DNA from: Thecamonas trahens ATCC 50062
Lineage: Eukaryota > Protista > Apusomonadida
Direction of reading: 5' to 3'
Assembly (NCBI RefSeq): GCF_000142905.1
Contig: NW_013657605.1
Coordinates: 18,600-82,001, forward strand
DNA: 63,402 nucleotides
The notes under the pieces are model-generated. The model did not search any database, was not told where the DNA came from, and saw nothing but the letters and a program-made list of their open reading frames with translations. Positions 43,065 through 55,220 of this stretch are shown piece by piece. Position numbers and translations under genes: made by a program. Within the stretch, counting starts at the first letter, position 1; each line of letters starts with the position of its first letter.

Positions 43065-43390
43065 AACGATGTCCGCTTCTTGCGCCGCCGCCGTCGCCGC
43101 CGCTTCCGTCTCGGACCGTTTGCATTCCCACTCGTTGAATTATCTCCAATCTTCCCATTGCCCGACACCTTTTCCTCCTCACCACCGCCACTGCCACCAC
43201 CACCGCCACCGCCACCGCCAGCGACCTCTGCCACCTCAGCAGTGCCGAGCGACTCGTCGGTCAGTGGCGACTTGTTGTCCGCGAGCTCAGTGCCCGCACC
43301 ACCACCACCACCACCACCACCACCACCACCACCATCCCCACTGCCACCACCACCACCATAGTCTTCACCAGCAACCGCCTCGGTAGACAT
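42173..43390 (-). CDS. VPS72: YL1/VPS72 (Swc2) H2A.Z chaperone subunit, lacking YL1_C
   Basis: RLPSRATRGRRM, FWG, SSEEDQYDSDFD, TQEELLAEAKLTEAANMASL and GPRTIFYS. Confidence 0.85.
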
Positions 43391-43495
43391 CTCCCGCTCC
43401 TGCCTCCTTCCTTGTGTAGTCAGCTGTTACGCTGCGACTCGTGCTCGTGTCCGTCGGCTGTGCCTGTGAGTGGCGGCCGACTCGAATGTTGTACA

Positions 43496-43705
43496 AACAT
43501 GGAATTAATCGTTGGGGAGTGTTATCGATTGGGGAACATGTAATTAATCGTTGGGGAGTGTTATCGATTGGGGAACATGGAATTAATCGTTGGGGAATGT
43601 TATTGATTGGGGAACGTGGAATTAATCGTTGCGGCGGAGGTATCGATTGGGGAACGTGGAATTAATCGTTGCGGGGGGAGGTATCGATTGGGGAACGTGG
43701 AATTA
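43496..43705. repeat. 39-41-bp minisatellite (AACATGGAATTAATCGTTGGGGAGTGTTATCGATTGGGG)n
   Basis: About 5.3 diverging copies directly upstream of the VPS72 start. Confidence 0.92.
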
Positions 43706-44316
43706 GTGTAGATCAACATGGCCAAGGCAGCAAACCTGGTGATATGCGCGACAATGGACTTGACACTACCGCAAACACCACAAACAGTGGAAGGTACAAC
43801 CTAAACAGAAACTATCACTATCATCTTTTCCACAGATAGACACAATGCATGCGACGAATGATATGCAGAGAACGCTGCTCTTGTTGATCAACAATTTGTC
43901 GACTGCCTCACAATCAATCCTCCCCCTTCAACTCTCCAAGGCACACAATCATCTCAGCATACATCGCACGTTATCATCGTCATTCTTATAATCCCCATCC
44001 CATCCCGCCCTACGATGACCATCCGCCTGCCTTCCACACTGCCCAACTTGAAAATACTAGCAGAAGCCACCATCAATGAGTCACTCGACATGAGCGGGCA
44101 GAGCAGACGGAGAGAGAGAGAGAGAGAGCAAGTGGCAACCGAGCCACAGCCACAGCCACAGCCTCAGTTATGGCCACAGCTCTCTCTCTCTCTCGCTCGG
44201 TGGTGTGTGAGACTCTGCGGGATACTGAGGAGGAGGTGTTCCATCTCTTTCTCTTTCTCTCTCTCTGTGTGTGTGTGTGAGAGAGAGGACACACCCTCGT
44301 CTGTGAGAGTGTCGGT

Positions 44317-44913
44317 ATGGTGGGCATGGCTGGACGAGTTGTTTGTGGTGTGAGTTGGGCAGTGGTGGACGGAGGTGAATTAATGGCGTATATTGCTATG
44401 GCTGTGGCTGGAATACTCGGTGGGCACATTGGCGCAATGGGTTTATTTTGCTTGTTGACCGCACTCTCCATCGTAGCATCCACAGCTGTCTTTGCTGGCT
44501 TTCCTCCGTGTATGTGTCAGACAACAAAGACAAGGAATCCTCTGCTGGCCTCGTTGTGGTCGACTCGTCTGGCATCTGCTTCTGTCTCTAGTATGTACTC
44601 GGCGAGTGATGGCATCCATGCTGGTGCTCTCACCCTTCGATGTATCATCGCCTCCGTCTTGGCTCTACAGGACGTACCTTGGGCCTGGACTGCTTCGGGT
44701 ATGGCCATCCTTGCGCTGATCATGCAAGGTCGTCATCTCATGGTGCCCTCTGCCCACACTCCCATCGATGCTCCCCTTGTCCCGCTCCTCTCCTGGGACA
44801 TCCGCGATGCTGCCTTTGTCATCTACGCCTTTGTCGTCGCTCTTCTCTACTGTGGCATGTGCCTCGCCGCCAGCCCACCCATTCATCGCGTCACCACCGC
44901 CACCACCCCCTAG
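44317..44913 (+). CDS. Hypothetical multi-pass membrane protein (possibly spliced)
   Basis: 198-aa ORF with several hydrophobic stretches; no family recognised. Confidence 0.3.
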   Translation: MVGMAGRVVCGVSWAVVDGGELMAYIAMAVAGILGGHIGAMGLFCLLTALSIVASTAVFAGFPPCMCQTTKTRNPLLASLWSTRLASASVSSMYSASDGIHAGALTLRCIIASVLALQDVPWAWTASGMAILALIMQGRHLMVPSAHTPIDAPLVPLLSWDIRDAAFVIYAFVVALLYCGMCLAASPPIHRVTTATTP

Positions 44914-45284
44914 CCTATCATCCCAACCCATGTACACTACTGCTACCTGGTGATCGCAACACGATGAACAATATCAGGATCCCCCCCCCCCCCCCGCTCC
45001 TAACGAACGAACGCCAGCCGTTTCGCGCCCGCCACCACCTGCACCACTTAGCCGACACCCTCCCAGCCCCAGCCACCCCAGCTCCACCTCACTCTCATTG
45101 TCCCCCCTCCCTACNNNNNNNNNNNNNNNNNNNNNNNNNNNNNNNNNNNNNNNNNNNNNNNNNNNNNNNNNNNNNNNNNNNNNNNNNNNNNNNNNNNNNN
45201 NNNNNNNNNNNNNNNNNNNNNNNNNNNNNNNNNNNNNNNNNNNNNNNNNNNNNNNNNNNNNNNNNNNNNNNNNNNNNNNNNNNC

Positions 45285-48200
45285 CGAACCAATACTCTAC
45301 GGACCTACCCCCCCCCCCCCCCCGCCCCCACTAGTGCGACACAGACGACACCGAGGTCACCGACAAGTCCGAGGCGACCTGTGAGTGCGACAAGCGGGAA
45401 TGGTGGTGGTCCTGGTCGGGTGACCTTTGATGATGATGAACATGGTCAGGTCAATGTTGTTGATTTGGCAGATGGTAGTCGGGTTGGTGCAGGTGACGGA
45501 CTCGGGTATGCTGATGATGATGATGATGATGAAGTAGTCATGGCGGCAGCGACGGCAGCTATGGTTAGTATGGGCACATCTACATCTGCTGGTGGTAGTG
45601 AGGATGTAGAGGCAGAGGCAGAAGCAGAAGCGGCGGCGAGACAAGTCGCGGATGCAGCTAGTGGTCGACCAGGCTCATCGGCATCGTCGACTACTACGAC
45701 ATCCGGTTCCTCATTCTCGTCTGCAGACGGGAAGACCTTCCTCACCGAAGTCGACTTTGGCATTGGCCGGACTGATGATCCGGTTCTGCTCAAGACCCTG
45801 TTTGCTGGCGAGGAGCTGCTGCCGCCGCTACAAGAGGCGCCAGCCGAGACCAAGATCCAGCGGATCGCCAAGATCAAGGCCAAGAGCTTGCCTGAGTCGT
45901 ACCGGAAGCACTCGCGCGACGAACGGGTGGTGCTCGAGTATGTGGCCAACTTCCGGGCCCAGTTTGTGGCGCTGTATCCGGAGCGGCCCGATCCGCTGCT
46001 GGTGCGGCTCAACGAGGCTCTGGTGCCCAAGGTCGTGTCTACCACCCTGAGACCGAGCCAGCTTCGCTATGACGAGGTCTACGAGTGGAAGGGCGCCGCT
46101 GAGTTTGTGGCCGACTACCTGTTGTATGAGCGACTGGAGCCGCCGACGGCGCCGCCAGCTCATCTTCCGTCGCCGACTGCGGTCTTGCAATGGCGCGCCG
46201 GCGACGCCTTTGACTTTTCGGTTCTCCTCTGCTCGCTGCTGCTCGGCGTTGGCTACGACGCGTATGTTGTCTACGGATACGCCCACAAGTACCACACGCT
46301 ACGCGATCTCTCGCACGCCGCTTGTCCGGACATCACTCCGCCGCCTCTACCCGAGGCCACAGATGCCAAGCCACCGGCGCCGCGCTTTGTGGTCGGCTCG
46401 CGGGCTCGTCTCGAGTCGCGGTTTGAGGCCCGTGACGCCGAGGCTGCCGCCGCGTCCGAAGCGGAGCGTGCAGCTGCGCTGGCCAAAGCGATGGAGGAGG
46501 AGATTGCCGCTGAAGCCGCCGAGGCTGCGCGCGACGAGCTTGACGGGGCGCGGGTCCATGCCTGGGTCCTTGTCATGCCTGGGCCACGCGACATCGAGAA
46601 CGCGTTTTTCATCGAAGCGACTACTGGCCACCAGGTCGACATTGACGATTCATCTTACTACCGTATCGAGAGTGTTTTCAACGCCTCGGGCGTGTGGATC
46701 AACATGCAAGAGTACCCGTCTCCAACGGCATCTTCGAGCGAAATCTCGCTCGATCTCGACGATCTCACCGCATGGGAGCCGCTCATGCTCCCTGCTGATA
46801 CTATGGCCCGCTCCGAGTCGCGCATGATGCAGAGCCAGGCAAGCCTCGCCGACGACGGCGACGACTCGTCAACGTTTGTGGACGACCTCTCGTCCGACGG
46901 CGGGACGATGTCGACGGGCATGCCCGGTACAGCGTCGCGACTCTCGCTGCGAACACTGTCACGGGCGTCGGTGGACCACACGCAGGTGCAGGCTGGTATG
47001 GTTGTCAATCTCGCACCGTCGGAGCGCGTCGGCGAAGGCCTGCGCCTGGAGATGCCGGCATCGTGGGTGGAGATGCTCGACGTGCCGCGCGATGAAGTCG
47101 AGTCCCGCTATCCCGGCGGCCGCAAGCGACTCCGGTATGCCAAGGCTGTTGTCGACGTCTTTGCGCCGTATGCTACTGCGGACGGCCTTGTCCGCAGAGT
47201 CATTGAGCTGGGCGCGTCTGAGGCCAACGCTGCCATTGTTGGCGTCGTCGAGCATTACGCGCACCGGCCCGACAAGCTTGAGCGCCGTGAGTACCGTCCA
47301 CTCGAGCACATCACCCGCTGGGTCTACGGACCTGGCCGTGGCCACCACCTCAAGGCTGTCCACGACACGCCTACTTCGCTGAAACTGGAGTTCTACGCTT
47401 CGGCACGGCTTGATCGGCTCGCCTCGCTCGAGGACGTCTACGGCGAGCGCTGGGAGGAGGTGTACGGCGAGCGTTGGGACGTCCATGACGACGCGCTCCG
47501 CCGCCGGGTCCTGCACTACACGGGTAGTGCCGTTGAGAGCGTGCAGTCCCGCGGCAAGCCGCAGGAGACACCGGCGTTTGTGCTCGGCGGCTCGCGGCGG
47601 AGTCGGGCGCGCGGCTCTGCTCGCTCACAGGCTGCACCGAGCTCGACGCCACGACCATTGCCGGCGGCGGCAGCCACCGACGCGCCGCGGGTGGCGCTGC
47701 AGGCGGATCCGGCCGCCAAGCCATTGCGTCCGGTTTCGCGGGCAACCGAGGAGCACGGTGACGAGGTATCAGGGCCGATCCAGCCGCCGAGCCGGCATCC
47801 GCGGCCGGTGGCCAAGTACAGCTTTGGTCGGGACGGGAGCATCGAGGTGCGGTACCACCGGCGGCATGGGTTCGTGCTCCCGCGGGTCGAGACCTACACC
47901 CTCAACAGCAAGCTGCTGACGGGCGTCGAGCCCAATGCCGCCGTGACCCACGCGACTCGCAAGGGTCCGCGCGGCAAGATTGTCCGGCTTCAGGCCGAGG
48001 ACTCGCTGCGCAACTCGTTCCACGGCGTGGCTTCGCTCAAGACGACCAACTCGGCGCACGGTGGGCACAGCGCGCCGCACCACGCAGCGCGCGCTCGCGC
48101 CAAGCAGCGCGCCGGCGGCCTACACATCGACGTCCGAGTCGAACTCCTCCTCGAAGCTGTCGAGCAGGTCGGCATCGAGCCCATCATTTGCACAGTCAAA

Positions 48201-48938
48201 GACGGACATGATCCCGAGCTCGAAGATCCGCTTGCGCTGGAGCCGACGCCCGCCGAGCTGCTGGAGACGTACGCTCGGCTGGAGAGCGCGCGCAACGACA
48301 TGCTCTCGAGCTGCGAGGTCAAACAAGAAGAGTTCCGCACCATCCTCCGGATCCGCGACACCGAGGCCAAGTCGCTCGGCGACCTCGTGCTCTCCATCTA
48401 CGACGTCAAGCGGCGCAAGGCGCGGCGGGCGGCGGCCGGCCCCGACTCGCGATCGGCGCCACGGCCCGAGAAGCTCCCCACGGCTGTGCTCACCGAGCAG
48501 CTCTTCACCAAAGAGTTTGACTTTCTTGCTCCGTACTACGACGCCGACGCGCCGCCGCGAAACAAGCACGAAGCGCTGCAGATCAAGCGACAGTGCCTGC
48601 AGGACTTCCAGTCGCGGGTCCTCGAGCGGGCAGACATCATCCAGCGGCGGCTCGCCGAGCTCGACAAGGTGCTCCGCGACTCGCAGGATGCCTTCAACCG
48701 CCAAGTCGACACCTCGCCTGAGCAAAACGAGGAGTACACCGATACCATGGCCACCCGCATCTTCCAGATCAACGTCCTCGCCTCGCGGCTCAAGGAGCTC
48801 AAGGACACCCACAAGGACCGCTATGCAGAGCTCTCCCACAAGATCGAGACCGATCCACGACTGGCGCCCTTTTTTGCTACGCCTGCAGACTCTAATTTTT
48901 CTCTCCCGAACGTCGTCTCCGCCGCGCTCCGCAAGTAG
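45285..48938 (+). CDS. DRC7: Dynein regulatory complex subunit 7 (CCDC135/FAP50); 5' end in or before the gap
   Basis: LPESY, FRAQFVALYPER, NE...KVVSTTLRP, SPTAVL...GDAFDFSVLLCSLLLGVGYDAYVVYGYA, RVHAWVLV, FFIEATTG, IESVFN, MPASWV and DFLAPY. Confidence 0.92.
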   Translation, partial: RTNTLRTYPPPPPAPTSATQTTPRSPTSPRRPVSATSGNGGGPGRVTFDDDEHGQVNVVDLADGSRVGAGDGLGYADDDDDDEVVMAAATAAMVSMGTSTSAGGSEDVEAEAEAEAAARQVADAASGRPGSSASSTTTTSGSSFSSADGKTFLTEVDFGIGRTDDPVLLKTLFAGEELLPPLQEAPAETKIQRIAKIKAKSLPESYRKHSRDERVVLEYVANFRAQFVALYPERPDPLLVRLNEALVPKVVSTTLRPSQLRYDEVYEWKGAAEFVADYLLYERLEPPTAPPAHLPSPTAVLQWRAGDAFDFSVLLCSLLLGVGYDAYVVYGYAHKYHTLRDLSHAACPDITPPPLPEATDAKPPAPRFVVGSRARLESRFEARDAEAAAASEAERAAALAKAMEEEIAAEAAEAARDELDGARVHAWVLVMPGPRDIENAFFIEATTGHQVDIDDSSYYRIESVFNASGVWINMQEYPSPTASSSEISLDLDDLTAWEPLMLPADTMARSESRMMQSQASLADDGDDSSTFVDDLSSDGGTMSTGMPGTASRLSLRTLSRASVDHTQVQAGMVVNLAPSERVGEGLRLEMPASWVEMLDVPRDEVESRYPGGRKRLRYAKAVVDVFAPYATADGLVRRVIELGASEANAAIVGVVEHYAHRPDKLERREYRPLEHITRWVYGPGRGHHLKAVHDTPTSLKLEFYASARLDRLASLEDVYGERWEEVYGERWDVHDDALRRRVLHYTGSAVESVQSRGKPQETPAFVLGGSRRSRARGSARSQAAPSSTPRPLPAAAATDAPRVALQADPAAKPLRPVSRATEEHGDEVSGPIQPPSRHPRPVAKYSFGRDGSIEVRYHRRHGFVLPRVETYTLNSKLLTGVEPNAAVTHATRKGPRGKIVRLQAEDSLRNSFHGVASLKTTNSAHGGHSAPHHAARARAKQRAGGLHIDVRVELLLEAVEQVGIEPIICTVKDGHDPELEDPLALEPTPAELLETYARLESARNDMLSSCEVKQEEFRTILRIRDTEAKSLGDLVLSIYDVKRRKARRAAAGPDSRSAPRPEKLPTAVLTEQLFTKEFDFLAPYYDADAPPRNKHEALQIKRQCLQDFQSRVLERADIIQRRLAELDKVLRDSQDAFNRQVDTSPEQNEEYTDTMATRIFQINVLASRLKELKDTHKDRYAELSHKIETDPRLAPFFATPADSNFSLPNVVSAALRK

Positions 48939-49193
48939 CTTCCCCCCCTTTCTCCCCTCAACGCATGCGTGTCCACAAAAGAAGCCAAAAAACGCCAAAA
49001 AACCCCCCAAGCCAACTATTTTGGCATTGCAGATCTCATGGAACTTTCACGGCAAGGTTGTGTGTGGCAGGTGCGGCAAAAGAGAGGAGGTTACGGGGAA
49101 CAGTCACTGGGCGAGAGCGTGGGGACAAGGAGAAGCAACACGTGACGCAAGTACGCGGAGTACGTCAACTATAAAAAGACACAAGCATTTGTT

Positions 49194-49469
49194 ATGAGGG
49201 TTTACATAAGTGGTATGCAAGTCCGGTTTGTGGCTTCCCTACACCAACTTGTCATGGTTGCTCTCCTGCTCGCTTTTCCTTTGACTCTCGTTCGAGGGAA
49301 CACCGACAATGAGCGTGCAGACGTTCTCGTTGGTCGCTCGTCCATGACTGATCTGTTGTCATTTGCCGGACGAACGCTCTCAATGTCGACGTTCAACACG
49401 TTCAACTCGGATGATACTCTGTCTACCATCAAGTCCTCCTCCTCCTCCTCCTCCTCGTCCTCGTCGTCC

Positions 49470-49501
<32 letters not shown>

Positions 49502-52500
49502 TTCGCCGTTTGAGTCGCCATGGGACGCATCGTCACCAGCAACGTCGACATCGTCGTCGTCGTCGTCGCCGTCGCTGTCAGAGATGGCTTCGGGTTCTCG
49601 GACCATGGCGGAGCTCACGTTTTCCGACTCGGTTTGGCGGTATCGGCTGCTCGAGGAGAATCACGCTACCGCGGTGGAGCACATGGCTGGCTTGCATCAT
49701 GACGTGGACTTGCCCATGCCGGACCTGGCGGAGAACGAGTATCTCACTGGCGGAGTTGCTGTGGAGATCTCATCGGCAGACACGTTTCTACAGGAACACT
49801 GCCCCCCGCAGCTGGCGGCAATCAACGTCAAGTGCGAGACGCTGCTGGGCGCGGCGCCAGCGGCGGTCTCGTTCCTTGTGCCGATGGCCAACATTCCCGA
49901 GTTTGGCACCGACTTGGTGCTCTCGCCGGCCCTAGTGGCTGCCATCTGGGACGGCACGGTAACAAAATGGTCGCATCCGAGCATTGCAGCGCACAACCCC
50001 GATCTAATCCTTCCCAATGCCACCATCGAGCTCTTTGTCTACGACGATCCAGTCGTGGAGCACGTTGTGGCCGAGCTCAAGCTACGGATCTTGCTGCAGG
50101 CTGCCAAGACGGGGGTCACCGACCCGCACCTCATCTACTCGACGCCCAACGAGCTCCATCGGGCCAGCGGCACGACGCGAGTGAACCACCGCAGCAACCA
50201 CCCCGACGCGTCGATTCGAAGCGTGTCTGGGGCGGCTGAGGCTGGGCTGGAGGTGTTGCGAACGACGCATGCATTCTCGCTCATCACATCCGAGGCGTAC
50301 AACCCGCATTGGTCACACGAAGTTCACGTTCCGCTCTTGCAGATGCCGCTGGGCAAGCCGACGCCGCTAGGCCATGGTTCGGTCCTGACGGCTTCCGAGT
50401 CGATGCATGTATCGGATCTCTCACCGCTCTACTCGACGACGCCGTTTTCCTGGCCACTCTCGTATTTAGAGTGGGTACTCTTTCCGCACGAGCTCGACAG
50501 CATGTCGCAGACGTACTGCCAAGCACTGGCCGACTCTGTTGTGGGAATGACGCACTTAATGGACAATCTGTTTGTGGCCGACAACGAGTGGCGGCTCGGC
50601 CATGTCGGACTTCCAGCGGCGATCCGCGAGCATTCGGTGACCAAGCTTGAGGATGTGCGATGCAACGGCAAGCTTGTGCTCCGGCACGCCCGGTTTGCGC
50701 GCGGCGGAGGTGAAACGGTTGCGCTTCCACTCCTTGAGGCATGGCTCGCGCTCTTCAACTCGCTCGCCCGCGCGCACGTGCGCTATGACGAGCACGGCGA
50801 AGTCGTCGATGCTCTGATGATCGATGAGAACGTGTTTGGCTGCACCGACCATGGCCTTACCGAAGCCGATGCTCTTGTCCACTCGGACGCGCTTGTCCTG
50901 CCGATGTCGGCGACATCGCTCGCTCTTCCGTACTCGATCGCGTACAAAGACGGTGCGCCGAACGGGCTGCCGACCATGGTACTCTCACGGAGCGTGCTCG
51001 CCGACATTTTCCTTGCGCGTGTCACGACCTGGGACGACGCGCAGATCAAGGCACTCAATCCAGTACTTGCGCCGTGGCTCCCCAACGCCACCATTTGCGT
51101 TTATGTTCTCGGCAAGCGATCAGGCGTGACCGGCATCCTTACACAGGCGCTCTCGTCGATGTCCGACGACTGGAAGGAGACGTATGGCGTGACCGAGTTT
51201 GTGCCGCCAGGGTTTTGGCCCGGCGAGTCTGGCGTCTCTGCTGGCTCGGCGTGCATTCGGCGCAAGGATACCGAGGTCGAGGTGGCACGTGCGCTCGGCG
51301 TGACCAAGAACACCCTCGGCTATCTCACGCTTTCGCTTGCTGACACCACCGGGCTTCACGAACTCTCGCTCATCAATCGAGCCGGCGCGACGATTCGACC
51401 GCTGGCAGGCAACGTGGCAGCCGCTATGGCTGTGGCACGCGATATGCCACCGATCTCGACGCTCCAGCCGTTTGTCAAGGTGCTGGCCGACTTGCCGGGC
51501 GAGTTCTCGTGGCCGCTGACGGGCTACAACTATCTTGTGATCGAGGACAAGAGACGCGACTCCCACTGTCGCGAGCGGCAGCTTGTGGCCGAGCTATACG
51601 AGTGGATTGTGATTTCCGACGACGCTCACGAGACGGCCGAGTCTTCGGGCTTTGTTGCCCTTGACAACGTGACGGCGGTGGAGGCGCTGGGCGTGCTCTC
51701 GCTCGCGGAGTGCGGCAGCTTGCTGCTGCTGGATCCGTGTCGGCGCGGCGGATGCGGGTCGCCTGGCAGAACGGCGACAACAATGGATCACATGCTGGTG
51801 GGCATTTTGGTCGGGCTGGCCTTGATCCTCTGCGTCGGCCTAGGCGGCGCGGTGTACTACATCTACACCCGCGACGTAGTTGTCAAGCTCGAGGTCGACA
51901 AAGATCTTGTGATTCCCCTCAGCGAGCTTGCTGTGTCGCGAACGCTTGGCACCGGCTCGTTCGGCACGGTGTACCTGGCGACGTGGCGTGGCTCGCCGAT
52001 GGCGGTCAAGCACATGCACGGCATGGAAGGTGACAACGCGCGGCTTGCGGCGTTTGTGGACGAGGCGCAAGTCCTGCTCAAGCTGCGACACCCGCACATT
52101 GTGCTGTTCATGGGTATTGTCATTGATCCGGCCGGGCTGGTCATCGAGTTTGTGCCCAACGGCTCGCTCTACTCAATCCTCCACAACTACTCGTTCAATC
52201 TGGAGCTCAACCTGCTGATGTGGTGGGCGCACTGTGTGGCGCTCGGATTGAGCTTTCTGCAGCATGCCGGCGTGGTGCATCGGGACATGAAGTCGCTCAA
52301 CGTGCTCCTTGACGCCGGGTGGGTGCCCAAGATCTGCGACTTTGGCCTCTCGTCGGTCAAAAAGGAGGCTGAAGCGTCAGAGAGTGCTGTCTCGCGCAAG
52401 TTACAGCGGCGGCGGGCGCGGCAGTTGCGGCGGCTGCGCAAAGCGCATCAGACGCCCTCGGGCTCGGACGGGTCGGGCTCGGGCGGGCACGACCCGAACC

Positions 52501-54590
52501 CGTTTGCAACGGTGGCGACAGCGGGCACAACGTCGACATCGGCTACCGTGATATCGGTCGACGCGGCGATGTCGCGCTCGTCGCAACTCTCTGCTGGACT
52601 CCTTGGCGGAGCTGGCGAGGGTAATCTGGGCTCGCTCCTGTGGACAGCACCTGAGGTACTCAACAACGGCGCCGAGGCGGCATCGGAGGCATCGGACGTG
52701 TATGCATTTGGCGTGACAGTGTGGGAGATGCTAACACGGTCGGCACCGTATGCGGGGCGTAATCCGGTAACAGTTGCGCTCGAGGTTTCGCTCGGTACGC
52801 TTCGGCCTGCGCTTTCACTTGTACCGACGTGGGCGCAGCATGTGGTCCCGCTCGTCGTCTCGTGTTGGGAGTCCGATGCAGCGGCGCGGCCCCAGTTTGA
52901 TACGATTGTGGCGCGACTGGGCGCAATTTACGTGTCTGAGAACATTGTGTTGCCGACGACAACGGCCCTACCGACCGGCAAGGTGGTGGCGATCCGGGTC
53001 TCGTGCCCGGTGGGCAAGCAAGCGCTACTGGAAGACGCAGATCGTGCGCGCGACGTGCTACTCCTGTTCCACACGGCGCTCCAGGCGGCGGTCCGCGAGT
53101 CGTCGTCGGTCCTTGCGCAGGTGACCGTGGCCGACGCAGTGGTACTGTCGCAGGTGGCGGCGCAGATGGTGGTCTTTGCGGCGTCGATGACGATGGGCAT
53201 GGCCGACCACGGCGGAGTGGTCCTTGCAGTTGCCGAAGGACACATCGAAGCGCAGGTGGCTGTGGGAGCGCTGACCACTGACAAGCAGCAGTCGTTCTCC
53301 GGTGATGCAGCGGCGGGCGTCTCGTTTGTGACAGCAAGTATCCGGGAGGCGCGAAAGGAGCACGGCGTGTTTATGGTTGACTCGCTGGTGTCCGACGTGG
53401 AGGGCGTGCTCGCGGCCGAGCACCAGAGCGCGGTCAAGGCTCATGTTGTGCCAACTCGGATCACGGGCGTGAGCCAGTTGGTGTTCCCTGATCACGAGAT
53501 GCGGCTGATGGCGACCGAGGAGGGCGAGACTTCAGGCATGTACGAGTCTGGGCTGGGAATGGGCCGGCCGAGCTGCGCAGCGATGGCGGCAACAGGGGTA
53601 TCGATGTCGGCAGGCGTGTCGGGTGTCTCGCGTGAGTTGTCGGACCTGTCTGTGGCATCTTTTACGACGGCACACGCTGGCTCGCTGGCGTCGCGGGCGG
53701 GCAAGATCGGTGGCAAGGCTGGGTTTGTGGGCGTGGTGGCGCTGTCTGAAGAAGGGTCGTCGTTTTTCATGCCTGTGGGCGAGATGCGCAACTTGGTGCA
53801 GCGCGGCATGGTGATGGGCATGACGGCGTACACCCAGTCTGTGGTCTCGACGCTTGCCGGATCGCGAGTGTTTGTCAAGATCTTGCTCGAGCAGAGCCTC
53901 TCGCCCGAGGCGCAGGTAGCGTTTGCATGCGGAATGGCGAACATGCTGCAGATGTCGCGGACGGCCGGCGACAACGTGATTGCCGGGCCGCAAACCATCT
54001 GCGTCTTCAAGCCGTTCATCGCCGTCGTGCTCCCGTACTACAAGCACGGCTCTGTCCGCGACATGCTTGAGCTGGGAACTGGGACGTCCGAGATGATGAG
54101 GTCGATTGTGGTAGGGACGGCGCAGCACCTTGCGCAGCTGCACGCCGCCCGGCTGGTTCACGGGGCCATCAAGCCATCGAACGTCATGCTCTGCGACTCG
54201 TCGGCGAGGCGGGTCATCCTCACGGACGCCGGCACCACCGATATCAAGACCGGGATCGCCACAATGACCATGTCGCCGAACGTCTCGTTCATGTCGCCCG
54301 AGGAGCTTGGCGGGGAGACTGTTGGCCCAGCGTCGGACGTATTTTCGTTTGCGTCGATGGTGTACGAGATGGTGACCTGCGACTCGCCGTTTACTGGCTC
54401 ATCCGCTATGGAGGTTGCCCACAAGATCCGCTGCGTCGAGCTCCCGCCGCTCGACGACGTCCTGGCCTCGGCCAAACTCATCCGCATCCTCCGCTCCTGC
54501 TGGCTCGAGTGCCCTCTGGATCGCGTCCACTCGGACACGCTCGCAGACCTTGTCCGCGGCCTGCAAGACAGTGACTTTGAGTGCTTGTAA
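49194..54590 (+). CDS. Single-pass receptor kinase: signal peptide, two PstS-like phosphate-binding domains, TM helix, TKL kinase, degenerate cyclase-like segment, pseudokinase
   Basis: PstS motifs LVLSPALVAAIWDGTVTKWSHPSIAAHNP and LSRSVLADIFLARVTTWDDAQIKALNP...SGVT...WPLTGYNY. TM at ~51792-51866. Kinase 1 has GTGSFG, HRDMKSLN, DFG and WTAPE. Kinase 2 has HGAIKPSN, DAG and MSPE. Confidence 0.88.
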
Positions 54591-55220
54591 AGCGCAGCAG
54601 TGTGATCAAGTAGAGGGGGCCCGCACCCTGACCGAGCCGTGCCCTTGCTTGTCACTGCTGGTGTGGCGGCGGGCGGCAAACGGTGGTGAGAGCGAGCACA
54701 TCTCTTCACAGGCGAAAGGCCGAGGGTGATGTCGTTCCATGGAGGATCACCATCACGATTCAACTCGAATGGGCTGTATGAAGCACTCGAACGGTATGGT
54801 TATGATTGCCCATGGTAGATGGGTGAATATGGCTGGTAGTGACCAATGGCTGTGGCTGTGGGGCTGTGGGGCTGTGGCAGTGGTGCTGTGGCAGTGGCTG
54901 TGGGTCAGCGGGTGAGCGAGTGGGTGGCTGCCGTTGGCGCGCAAAGTGAGTCAACGGGCGGTGGCGGTGTTCGGCATGCTGTGCGCGGGGCGAGCGGGTA
55001 TGAGGGATAGACTTGTAGTACAAAGCTGTAACTGAGTATACTTACGTATGTATGGTATGGGTATATGTGTGTCAAATATGGTGGTTGTAATGGTTGCGTA
55101 TCGTTCTGTCGAGGTGGTGATAGCTCGCCGCGAAAGGTCGGCGGGGGACAAGGTGCGGAGAGGCGGTACTCTGGCGCTGATGTCGAGGACATTGTCTCGT
55201 CATCCAAGGTATTCCCTGGC

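Noticed and set aside
44640-45284. N-terminal extension of the 1432-aa ORF across the gap
   Set aside because: Frame continuity through Ns is artificial; the sequence before the gap is not DRC7-like.
10592-48938. Apparent clustering of ciliary/centrosomal genes (ASH protein, coiled coil, MORN2-like, FAM47-like, DRC7)
   Set aside because: They are interspersed with unrelated housekeeping genes; this density is plausible by chance in a flagellate.
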